NCBI GenBank assembly: GCA_045659405.1
Contig: JAZOWX010000065.1
Location: 9,574 to 73,573, forward strand
DNA: 64,000 nt
Direction of reading: 5' to 3'
From: Eubacteriales bacterium
GTDB lineage: Bacteria > Bacillota > Clostridia > Oscillospirales > CAG-272
Part shown: piece after piece, positions 35,543-44,165 of the stretch
Numbering within the stretch: position 1 is the stretch's first letter
Layout: every line of letters begins with the position of its first letter
Made by a program: the position numbers and the translations under genes
Notes under the pieces: model-generated
Seen by the model: the letters and a program-made list of their open reading frames with translations, nothing else
Told to the model about the DNA's origin: nothing
The model's database searches: none

Positions 35543-38500
35543 ATGAAAAGATTACACAAATTGCTTGTGATACTGCTTTCGCTTTCGATGCTGCTCGGTG
35601 TGATCGCCATTTCCGCTTTTGCGGCAGATGACACGGTTGCTAAAATCGGCGACGAAGAGTACACATCGCTTTCTGCGGCGGTTGCGGCGGCAAACGGCCA
35701 GACGGCTGTTGACGAAAACGGTGACCCCGAGGCGGTTACGATCACGCTCGTAAAGGACGTGACGCTCGGCGCATCAGAGGGGCTCACGCTTGAGCTTGAT
35801 AAGCTTGCACTCACGATTGACCTTAACGGAAAAACGCTTGACGTGTCGAACGTCGGTCCTATCAGAGATCCCGGAGCGACAAAGGACAGAGAGGTTAAGG
35901 CGGCTATATTCGCAAGGGGCGCAGGCTCTGTGCTTACCTTTAAAAACGGAACTGTTATAAACTTTGGCGATAAGAACGGTGTATTTGGCATAGAAAAGGA
36001 TAGAGATGCGTGTATTGTAATTGAGGGTGTTACCGTCAATGCAAAGGGCGGTATTTCAACGCCCATAGTTAACGCCAGAAACGGTAAGGTTACGGTTTCG
36101 GATTGCGAATTCGTATCCTACGGCTATAATGCTGCCGTTGTTCGTCAGGCAGGCAATGCAGAGATTATAATTGAGGATTCCGAGCTGCTTAATATAGACG
36201 GCACCGGAATGCAGTCGGCTGTAATCAAGACCGAGGGTACGGCTACCGCTGTGCTGTCCGACACGGTTGATGACAAGATTGTTGAAAGACCTCATATATA
36301 CGTAAAGAACACCGAGATGTTCGCTGCATCAAACGTAATTATCACACACCTGTCGGGTGAGGCGAGACCTGCGACCTGCATCAAGCCCATTCTTCTGTTT
36401 GAGGATTGCGATATCGAGCAGTGCAACAAGCTTTCCTATAACAACGATGAAACACTTCTTCTTCAAAGCAATAACTACGTTTTGAGAGGAAATAACGCTG
36501 TCGTTGAGTTTGACGGCTGTAACGTTGAATACGCAAGAGTTGCGATTGCTACAAGCGACGCACTTGAGGTGAAAATCGACAACTCCGTATTCTCTATGAC
36601 TCTGCTCGGACAGCAGTATTATATGAATGAAACCACCGATCTCAAGACAGAATGCGACTCCTATTTTGTTTCGGGTAAGGGTAAGGTTTCGGTAACCAAC
36701 ACGGCTATATATCTGCCCAAATTGGCAAACGGCAAATTCGTTCCCATTGCGGATAACGTGGCTCTCCAGTATGCCGATTCGCTTGACGTGCTTTCCAAGG
36801 ACGGCTTGAAGCTTGGCAAGGGCTGTGTTACTAACTCCACAGATGATTTCGGTGATCTTCGAATTCTTGCTATCGCATGCACCTGTTACCCGATTGCCGA
36901 GGGCAGCTACATAGATATTTTCGCTCCCGAAAAGGACGAATGGTCGGATAAATGGTATTCGGACAACAGCTACGAGGCAAAGCTCAACGGCAAGAAGTAT
37001 AAGACCTTTGCCGAGGCTTACGCTGATGCTAAGGACGGAGATAAGATCGAGCTTCTTTCCAATATTGCAGGAATGCAGTCGATAGAAAAAGAAATATCCG
37101 TAAGAAACTTCGTAGGATATGAATTCAAGCACACCTCGGCAACCTATAAATCGATAACCTCGCGCGGATTTATCGACTTTATCCCCGCAAAGGCATACGA
37201 GCTTATAAGCGTTAAGCTTGTAACAGACACGGGTACGGAGGAAATGCTTGTTGCGGCAGGCAACTATGCGGTATATAACGGCTCGCTTGCAGCCGGCTGG
37301 AGATTCAGCGATTACAGAATCATCAACTTCAAGGGCTGGGGCGAAACACCGGATAACGCAAACCTTGGCGCTGATCTTCCTTACATCGACGGTAGCGTAT
37401 CCTCGATAACGGTTTACGCTGTATTCGATGAGATTTACGACCTTGACGCAGACTATGCGGTAACAGAGCTTAACGGCGACTTTATAGCCTTTGGCGGCAG
37501 CTACGACGAGCTTGCGGAAACAAATAACGTGTTTATGTCCGGCAAATTCAACGGCGAGGGCGAAAAAGCACGTGACAAGGTAATCGTACTTCTTCGTGAT
37601 ATATACACAGACAAAACGATAAACACTAATATAAACGGTAATATTTACATTGACCTCAACGGTCACAAGATTGTTACTAAAAACAATTTCCTGTTCTCCT
37701 CGGATCTTTCAAACTTCATTTATCAGTATGACGGAGCGAAAGAGGATGGCAAGGTTCCGATCAGAAGATACAACAAGAACTTTACCGTATGGGAGCGTAA
37801 GGATGCAAATTCTCCCTGGGAGCAGGTTTCTAACACGCCCTTCTACGCTGTTAAGAGCGCCGACGACCCCCAGATGACAGAATATGCCATAGGTCTTGGT
37901 GACTTCGAGCTTGCCGCAGGCAGAAGCAATGGCGGTGTGACGACGAACTTCTATCTCTTCTCCTCGAGGCCCGGAGCTTCGGTAGATACCGGCTCAAGCC
38001 CCATGTTAAAAATCATCTCTCACATGAGAGTAAGAATGTACACCGAGGGTAAGGGTAAGGAGCTTATAAACTCTAACACCAATACGAACAAGGTTAATAT
38101 CGGTAACTCGAAGCTTTCTGCTGATATGGCGGCAAGGGTTGGCGATAATCAGATTACCTTCAACTGTAAGACTCTTGGCAATTACAACGAAATTTTCAAC
38201 CATGCAAACTATATTGACGATGCGATTATTATTGCAAGCGGCGCGGGCGGTGCAATAACCTGTTCTGACACTGTCGGTCTTAAGGGTACGATTTTCATTA
38301 CCAACAGTGTACTTATGAATACAACGGCGGGCGCTTGCCTCATTCAGCTCGATTCGCTTGCTGCACTCTATGTTGAGGGTACAACCTTCGTTGCAACTCC
38401 TAATGGAGCAACCTATCCCGAATTTATGGGCAAGCTTGCTTTCCACAGTGGTATGCCAGCATCGACCACAAAGAGAGAAATCACAGGCTGTAATTTCATA

Positions 38501-39748
38501 AACTGCAAGCCTACGGTTAAAACTCTGACAAACAACGGTACTACCGTTCTCGTTAAGGATATCGCATATAACGTAGCCGGCGGTGTAACAGTCAACACCG
38601 AGGGACTTGTTCTTGATGCATCCTACGTTGTAAACGAGGATGCCGTATGGAACATTCCTGTTACGGTAGGTGATGAGGTTTACTACCTTGCTTATAAGAC
38701 GCTTCACTCGTCCGCTACCCCCGAAACAGTTACGGTTACCTGGTGTGATGCTGATGGCAACACTATCGGGGAAGAGACTTACTTCCGTGGCGCAAAGGTT
38801 GTTTATAATGGCGCTTTGAGCAGCGGTGTTGTAGACGGCAAGCCTTACGTCAACCTTTCGAAGTTTGTTATCGAGGCTATCGGTGACGCTGACCTTGATA
38901 GCATTCAGGCAGACGCACAGGTTATGGTAAGCGAGGTTGTATACGGTATTGATGCAGAGGTTGAGGTTCGGCATAACGTTAATATCTCGAGCGAGCTTAC
39001 CGTTTCTATCTACGTTCCCGTGCTTTCCGAGATAACGAAGATTTCGCTTATGACACCCGACGGTGAAAACCTTATCAACCCCGAGAATACTGTAATTCTT
39101 GGTGATGGCGCTGAGTACTACGTTGTAACCTCTGTTGCTATAAGCCCCAATCAGATTCACAGAAATATCGTATATGCTATCACGGTTTCCGACGGTACGT
39201 ATACCGACGTTGTATACAAGAGCGTAAGCATTCTCGGATATGCAGAGAAGCTGCTCGCGGATAAGGAAGCCAAAGATTCGGTAAAGGCGCTTGTTTCTGC
39301 TATGCTCGTTTATGCAAACGAGTCCTACAAGTACTTTGACGGTGCGGAAAATGCTGACGTTGCAGCTCTTATCGGTGAATACGAGGTATCCGCTCCCACA
39401 GCAGAAACCGCAAAGGACGTTGCGGCTATATCCGAGTACGTTCTTTACGCAAGTCTTCAGCTTAACAGCAGAATTGCATTCGTGTTCGAGGTTGCAGACG
39501 GCGTTGAGGCGCTCACTATCAACGGTGTAGAATATGCGGCTGTTGACGGATTCGTTGTATACGATTGCGACGTAGCAGCTACAAACGACCTTATCTCGGT
39601 AGAGGTAGGCGGCGCTGTCGGTGCATACGACCTTGTAGCGTATATAGCTGCGGTTGCTCCTGTGGCAGATGAGCTTACTGCTTACGATCTCGCTTCGGCG
39701 CTTTACAGCTTTGCTGCAGCGGCTGATGCGTATCTTGCAGACAACTGA
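35543..39748 (+). CDS. Very large (1401 aa) secreted protein, probably beta-helix/adhesin-like
   Basis: Sec signal MKRLHKLLVILLSLSMLLGVIAISAFAADD. It has repeated A-x-I-G/NG-x-x-Y-x-T/S-(L/F)-x-x-A modules (VAKIGDEEYTSLSAAVAAANG; AKLNGKKYKTFAEAYADAKDGDKIELL). I see no LPXTG, SLH or dockerin. Confidence 0.8.
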   Translation: MKRLHKLLVILLSLSMLLGVIAISAFAADDTVAKIGDEEYTSLSAAVAAANGQTAVDENGDPEAVTITLVKDVTLGASEGLTLELDKLALTIDLNGKTLDVSNVGPIRDPGATKDREVKAAIFARGAGSVLTFKNGTVINFGDKNGVFGIEKDRDACIVIEGVTVNAKGGISTPIVNARNGKVTVSDCEFVSYGYNAAVVRQAGNAEIIIEDSELLNIDGTGMQSAVIKTEGTATAVLSDTVDDKIVERPHIYVKNTEMFAASNVIITHLSGEARPATCIKPILLFEDCDIEQCNKLSYNNDETLLLQSNNYVLRGNNAVVEFDGCNVEYARVAIATSDALEVKIDNSVFSMTLLGQQYYMNETTDLKTECDSYFVSGKGKVSVTNTAIYLPKLANGKFVPIADNVALQYADSLDVLSKDGLKLGKGCVTNSTDDFGDLRILAIACTCYPIAEGSYIDIFAPEKDEWSDKWYSDNSYEAKLNGKKYKTFAEAYADAKDGDKIELLSNIAGMQSIEKEISVRNFVGYEFKHTSATYKSITSRGFIDFIPAKAYELISVKLVTDTGTEEMLVAAGNYAVYNGSLAAGWRFSDYRIINFKGWGETPDNANLGADLPYIDGSVSSITVYAVFDEIYDLDADYAVTELNGDFIAFGGSYDELAETNNVFMSGKFNGEGEKARDKVIVLLRDIYTDKTINTNINGNIYIDLNGHKIVTKNNFLFSSDLSNFIYQYDGAKEDGKVPIRRYNKNFTVWERKDANSPWEQVSNTPFYAVKSADDPQMTEYAIGLGDFELAAGRSNGGVTTNFYLFSSRPGASVDTGSSPMLKIISHMRVRMYTEGKGKELINSNTNTNKVNIGNSKLSADMAARVGDNQITFNCKTLGNYNEIFNHANYIDDAIIIASGAGGAITCSDTVGLKGTIFITNSVLMNTTAGACLIQLDSLAALYVEGTTFVATPNGATYPEFMGKLAFHSGMPASTTKREITGCNFINCKPTVKTLTNNGTTVLVKDIAYNVAGGVTVNTEGLVLDASYVVNEDAVWNIPVTVGDEVYYLAYKTLHSSATPETVTVTWCDADGNTIGEETYFRGAKVVYNGALSSGVVDGKPYVNLSKFVIEAIGDADLDSIQADAQVMVSEVVYGIDAEVEVRHNVNISSELTVSIYVPVLSEITKISLMTPDGENLINPENTVILGDGAEYYVVTSVAISPNQIHRNIVYAITVSDGTYTDVVYKSVSILGYAEKLLADKEAKDSVKALVSAMLVYANESYKYFDGAENADVAALIGEYEVSAPTAETAKDVAAISEYVLYASLQLNSRIAFVFEVADGVEALTINGVEYAAVDGFVVYDCDVAATNDLISVEVGGAVGAYDLVAYIAAVAPVADELTAYDLASALYSFAAAADAYLADN

Positions 39749-39903
39749 TTAAACTAAAATACCATAACACCCAAAATCGGGCGTTACGGTAGAAAACGAT
39801 AATAAAAACCAAAAACAGGCTGTCTTGACTTTATGGTCAGGGCAGCCTGTGTACCTTTGTACCCCTCTCGCAGTATAGGGTAGCCCGTCTTCATAAAATA
39901 TAA

Positions 39904-39936
39904 AGCCCGATGGCAAATTGCCATCGGGCTGTTTTG
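39904..39936. terminator. Shared hairpin terminator between convergent genes
   Basis: AGCCCGATGGCA-aat-TGCCATCGGGCT followed by GTTTTGTT. Confidence 0.7.
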
Positions 39937-39982
39937 TTCAATCGGCCTTTAATAGCGGAACATACTCACTCCACCGCTTACC

Positions 39983-40057
39983 GTGGAGGAGTTCGGTTAG
40001 AAAACCTGCCTATTAAAGTGCGTTTCCGTTTTTATCGAAAAGCGGCAATGGTGCAAG
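39983..40057 (-). repeat. Ghost copy of the 3' end of the phosphoribosyltransferase gene (14 codons, stop, 30 nt of UTR)
   Basis: Minus strand 40057..40013 encodes LAPLPLFDKNGNAL*, identical to the real C-terminus (40169..40125). It differs at 7 nt in 6 codons, all synonymous. The adjacent 30-nt UTR differs at 1 nt. The two copies are 112 nt apart. Confidence 0.92.
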
Positions 40058-40124
40058 ATTCTCGGCTCCCTCTGCGAGGGGGCTCCGCAAAGCGGTGGAG
40101 GAGTTCGGTTAGAAAAGCTGCCTA

Positions 40125-40676
40125 TTAAAGTGCGTTTCCGTTTTTGTCAAAGAGCGGAAGCGGTGCGAGGTATGTTATATCCTTTCTTTCGATAGCATCG
40201 CCCTCGGCAAGGATAGCCATTTTGCCCACGATTTCGCCGCCTGCCTGCAAAACGAGGTTTTCAAGCGACAGGAGCGAACCGCCCGTGCTTATTACGTCGT
40301 CAACGATAAGCACACGCTTACCCTTGAGATATTCGGCATCGTCACCGTCTATGTAAAGAGTCTGTCCGTTTGTTGTGGTGATAGACTTTGTCTCGCATTT
40401 TACCACGTCTTTCATATAAAGCTTAACCGACTTGCGTGCAAGGACGTAGCGGTTTTTGCCCGAAATGCGGCACATAGCGTGAATCAGGGGAATACCCTTT
40501 GATTCTGCGGTTATCATAACGTCGTGCTCGGGTGCTATTTTGTAAAGCTCGGCTGCGCAGTGCTCGGTAAGCTCCACGTCTCCGAAAAGCACGAATGCTC
40601 CAATATAAAGCTCCTCGTTAATGGGGCAGAGCGGCAAATCACGCTCAAGGCCCTTGATGTTGATTTTATATACCAT
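40125..40676 (-). CDS. Purine (adenine/xanthine-type) phosphoribosyltransferase family protein
   Basis: 183-aa ORF with the PRPP-binding loop VLIVDDVISTGGS. Confidence 0.85.
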   Translation of the reverse strand: MVYKINIKGLERDLPLCPINEELYIGAFVLFGDVELTEHCAAELYKIAPEHDVMITAESKGIPLIHAMCRISGKNRYVLARKSVKLYMKDVVKCETKSITTTNGQTLYIDGDDAEYLKGKRVLIVDDVISTGGSLLSLENLVLQAGGEIVGKMAILAEGDAIERKDITYLAPLPLFDKNGNAL

Positions 40677-40811
40677 AAAAAAGCTCCTATCCGCCGTGGG
40701 TACGGCTTGTAGTTTTTTGTTCTTTAGAGTCGGGGAATTGCTCCTATTACAGTATATAATAATTCGGAAAATTTTTCAAGCGAATTTTTAAAATTTAGCG
40801 TTTTTAAAGAA

Positions 40812-41702
40812 TTATTCGAAGAAATCGTGTCCGCCGATTGAAAAAGCGTATTTTCTCGTATTGACAATCCAGAACGAGGTCGAGTACTTGGGCGCCATAA
40901 AGAATAAAATGTTCTCCGAAAGCCGTGTACCTTCAAGACAGATTTTAGCGGCAAGAGTCTCGGTGTAGCCTGGGGTGTTATAGATTGTTCCGTTTGCTAC
41001 GGGCGTAAACTGAACACCGTATTTGCGGTCAAAGATTACGCTGTAAATAGTGTTCGGGAAATCTCTTGACGCTACTCTGTTGAGTATGACGTTGCCGACG
41101 GCTATCTGCCCGATAAGCGACTCGCCGCGGCTCTCTGCGCTGATGATTCGCGCAAGCCACAGCACCTCGTCATCGCGGTAGAATTTTTCAGCCGGTAAAA
41201 GCGCTGAATATCTGCCGTAAACCCTTACCGAAGAAGTGCTGTTTGTAAAGCTTAAACCGCACGCTTTCACAAGCGTATCGAGCGGAGCATACATTCTTCC
41301 GTTTGAAAGAATGGTGACGGGTGATGTTGAAAACAGAGCACGTCCGTTTGCCCATACGACGTATGCGCCGTCTGTCGCTGTGAGCGTAAGGCCCTCTCCT
41401 GTGACGGTTATAGTGCGGCTTTTGCTGTTATATGTAACCTGTGCGTTTGTGATGACAGAATCGGAAAAAGCTCTTACGGGTACATATATCTGTGAGTTGA
41501 TTACAAGTGCTTGCTCTGAAAGCTTTGCCTCTCTAACGTAGATTTCAAGTGACATATAGCTGTGAAGATTTTTGTTTCCAATGCCAAATAGCCGCAGCTC
41601 ATTTTTGGTATAATTTGAGGCTGAAGCTCGTGTTGGAAGCATCAAAAAGATAAACGTGAATGCAAAAATCAAAGCAAAGCACCTCTTGAGTGCTTTTTTC
41701 AT
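40812..41702 (-). CDS. SleB-like cell wall hydrolase with an N-terminal copper-amine-oxidase-like (stalk) domain
   Basis: 296-aa ORF with a signal peptide. Hydrolase_2 signature LARIISAESRGESLIGQIAVGNVILNRV...FPNTIYSVIF. Confidence 0.85.
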   Translation of the reverse strand: MKKALKRCFALIFAFTFIFLMLPTRASASNYTKNELRLFGIGNKNLHSYMSLEIYVREAKLSEQALVINSQIYVPVRAFSDSVITNAQVTYNSKSRTITVTGEGLTLTATDGAYVVWANGRALFSTSPVTILSNGRMYAPLDTLVKACGLSFTNSTSSVRVYGRYSALLPAEKFYRDDEVLWLARIISAESRGESLIGQIAVGNVILNRVASRDFPNTIYSVIFDRKYGVQFTPVANGTIYNTPGYTETLAAKICLEGTRLSENILFFMAPKYSTSFWIVNTRKYAFSIGGHDFFE

Positions 41703-42013
41703 TAAGTCCTCCTTTCTATTTTTGCCATAACCGGCGGTGGAAGCAAAGGCGAAAATTCAATCTTCCGCCGCTCTGTGGCTATGTAAAGTGTAGCAAACAA
41801 AGGTGTTTTTTTCAATAGTGAGCCTATGGCAAAAATGTAATAAGATGGCAGAGGACACCGGCTCTCGTATTTCTTTACATTAATATATATAGGTGAGCTT
41901 TAAAGCCATATTTTACCTATTCCGTCTGCCTTCGAAAAAACACAAATTACGACTATTTATCCCGAATTTGGCAATACTAACTTTGACAGGAAAGTCAAAG
42001 GGGAGCAGATATT

Positions 42014-42802
42014 ATGCGATTAAACAAGGTTGAAATCTGCGGAGTTGATACGGCAAAGCTTAAGGCACTTAACGAGGACGAAAAACGAGAGCTTTTGTAC
42101 AGAGTAAAGAATGGCACGGATGCCGAAAGACGAGAGGCAAGAGATGCAATGATAATGGGGAATTTGCGTCTCGTTTTATCTGTAATAGGAAGATTTACCC
42201 CAAAGCGTGAGACGGTAGACGACCTTTTTCAGGTGGGGTGCATCGGACTTATGAAGGCGATAGATAATTTCAACCTTGAGCTTGACGTCAGGTTTTCAAC
42301 CTATGCTGTGCCGATGATTATCGGTGAGGTAAGACGGTATCAGCGTGATAACAATTCGGTAAGAGTGTCGCGCGGTATGCGTGATTTGGCATACAAGGCG
42401 CTGATGGTAAAAGAGGATATAATAAGCAAAGAGCAACGTGAGCCAACACTTGCCGAAATAGCAAAAAGGCTCGACGTGCCGCAGCGCTCTGTCGGTGAGG
42501 CTATGGAGGCAATAATCGAGCCGATTTCGATTTTTGATTCGGTTTTCGGTGACGGTGAGGATTCGGTTTACGTAATAGATAAGCTGAAGGATGATGGAGA
42601 GAGCGATGATATCTGGGTGGAAAATATCGCCCTCAAGGAGGCGCTGACGCATCTTAACGAGCGTGAGTGGTCGATAATTTACAAGCGCTTTTATAAGGGC
42701 AGAACGCAAATGGAAATAGCCGAGGAGGTCGGAATAAGCCAGGCGCAGGTGTCAAGGATTGAAAAGGGCGCAATCGAAAAAATGAGAAAGCTTATGGAGT
42801 GA
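42014..42802 (+). CDS. sigG: Sporulation sigma factor SigG
   Basis: 262-aa ORF. NKVEICGVDTAKL at the N-terminus, GNLRLVLSVIGRF, DDLFQVGCIGLMKAIDNF and FSTYAVPMIIGEVRRYQRDNNSVRVSR closely follow the SigG pattern. Confidence 0.9.
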   Translation: MRLNKVEICGVDTAKLKALNEDEKRELLYRVKNGTDAERREARDAMIMGNLRLVLSVIGRFTPKRETVDDLFQVGCIGLMKAIDNFNLELDVRFSTYAVPMIIGEVRRYQRDNNSVRVSRGMRDLAYKALMVKEDIISKEQREPTLAEIAKRLDVPQRSVGEAMEAIIEPISIFDSVFGDGEDSVYVIDKLKDDGESDDIWVENIALKEALTHLNEREWSIIYKRFYKGRTQMEIAEEVGISQAQVSRIEKGAIEKMRKLME

Positions 42803-42870
42803 ATTTAAAGCTTACAGAGAGAATTTAAGGCTTATAAAGTGAATTTAAAGCTTATAAAGTGAAAGCTTGG
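42781..42870 (+). repeat. 20-bp tandem stutter starting in the last codons of sigG
   Basis: The gene end aatgagaaagcttatggagt(ga) is followed by gaatttaaagcttacagaga, gaatttaaggcttataaagt, gaatttaaagcttataaagt and gaaagcttgg. Confidence 0.85.
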
Positions 42871-42892
42871 CAGGTGCGTTTTTTACTAAAAA

Positions 42893-42937
42893 AAGCCGTA
42901 GGGGTACTGTGTTTTCCACAATACCCCTACGGCTTTA
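42893..42937. terminator. Strong bidirectional terminator
   Basis: 14-bp stem AAGCCGTAGGGGTA...TACCCCTACGGCTT flanked by A-run and T-run. Confidence 0.8.
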
Positions 42938-42994
42938 TTCGGTTATGCCTGAATACGACAACCCCGAATTTTATGTAATTTTATATAGAAATTA

Positions 42995-43648
42995 CTACTT
43001 TGCGTCAGCGAACTGCTTCTTTGCGTTGATGATACCAACGATAAGACCGATAACTGCGAATACGATGAAGAAGATGGGGTCCATAGCAGGGCCAAAGAGA
43101 GCAACACCGAGAATCGCAGCAGCACCTATCATACCAACAAGAGCGGAGATGAGTACGAAGATGGGCTTGAAGAAGAAGCGAAGAACAAGGCCTACGAGAA
43201 TTGCAGCAACAGCGTTAACTGCGATTGCGGGAATAGCGGCGGGAATGAGACCTGCGGGAATGAATGCAGGAACTGCAACGTAGCCGATGATTGCGCCGAG
43301 AAGGAAGAGGCCAAGCTTGTTAGCGCGGCACATAATAAGACCGCCGATAGCAGCAAGAACAAGACCAACAACAGCGCTAATGCTAATGCCCATAGGAAGA
43401 GCGATGCCTGCAAGGAACTTGGGAACGATTATTCCTGTTCCAACGTAAGCGAAAGCGGCAGCGCCAACGAGGCAGAATGCCTTATTCATTACGGTGTAGC
43501 CGTAACGTGAGAAGAGTGCGAGAAGAACAACTGCAACTGCAGCAACTGCTACTGCAAGATCAGCAAGAGTAACGCCTGCAATAAGAGCCGAGTTGCCGAG
43601 ATACGCTTTGAGATCGAGCATCTCGATGTAGGGTTTTAACATATCCAT
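42995..43648 (-). CDS. Gly/Ala-rich polytopic membrane protein, unknown function
   Basis: 217-aa ORF with six or seven hydrophobic segments and no motif I recognise. Confidence 0.65.
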   Translation of the reverse strand: MDMLKPYIEMLDLKAYLGNSALIAGVTLADLAVAVAAVAVVLLALFSRYGYTVMNKAFCLVGAAAFAYVGTGIIVPKFLAGIALPMGISISAVVGLVLAAIGGLIMCRANKLGLFLLGAIIGYVAVPAFIPAGLIPAAIPAIAVNAVAAILVGLVLRFFFKPIFVLISALVGMIGAAAILGVALFGPAMDPIFFIVFAVIGLIVGIINAKKQFADAK

Positions 43649-43930
43649 GGGAAAATCTCCTTTAAAATATTATTTTGTTTATATTATACCATATATTTGA
43701 AAAAAAGCAAGAGGATTTTTAACATTTTTTGAAAAATTGTGAATATTTTTCGGCGAGCTTCACGAAAAATCCGATTCCCCAAAAAAAGGCCGTGCCGTCG
43801 TGTGATACTAAATCCGCCCGTCGGTAATCCTCTTTTGTTCTTGCTGTCTGCGCCAAGGGGGCACATACAAAAATGCGCTTTGGCAGATTTGATTTTGAAG
43901 CGTTGATTGTTTGCGCTCGTTTTGCTTTTT

Positions 43931-43975
43931 AAACAAAAAACACCACAAAATGACAATAAAGGTTGCCATTTTGTG
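43931..43975 (-). terminator. Intrinsic terminator of the decarboxylase-subunit operon
   Basis: CACAAAATG...CATTTTGTG stem followed by GTGTTTTTTGTTT on the minus strand. Confidence 0.8.
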
Positions 43976-44007
43976 ATGTTTTGATTGCTTTTACAAGCTT
44001 TTAAGGA

Positions 44008-44148
44008 TTATTTTTTAGATGCCGTGAGTGCGCCTATTGCGTAGGTAGCTGCGGTGATTACTCCGATAATGATGAATACTCCGAGCATACCGACACCCAT
44101 ATATACGAGGTTCTTAACAAAACTAATAGGTTCAAACTGTAAATTCAT
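44008..44148 (-). CDS. 46-aa single-TM protein (OadG-like gamma subunit candidate)
   Basis: Below the ORF-track cutoff. MNLQFEPISFVKNLVYMGVGMLGVFIIIGVITAATYAIGALTASKK. AAGGAG lies 7 nt upstream, and the ATG is 18 nt downstream of the beta-subunit stop. Confidence 0.6.
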   Translation of the reverse strand: MNLQFEPISFVKNLVYMGVGMLGVFIIIGVITAATYAIGALTASKK

Positions 44149-44165
44149 AACTCTGCTCCTTTTCA

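Noticed and set aside
36329-39160. Antisense ORFs of 445 aa (36329..37666) and 384 aa (38006..39160) within the 1401-aa secreted-protein gene.
   Set aside because: They have a Cys/Val/Arg/Asn-rich, non-protein-like composition and no translation signals. They are fully nested in a better-supported gene.
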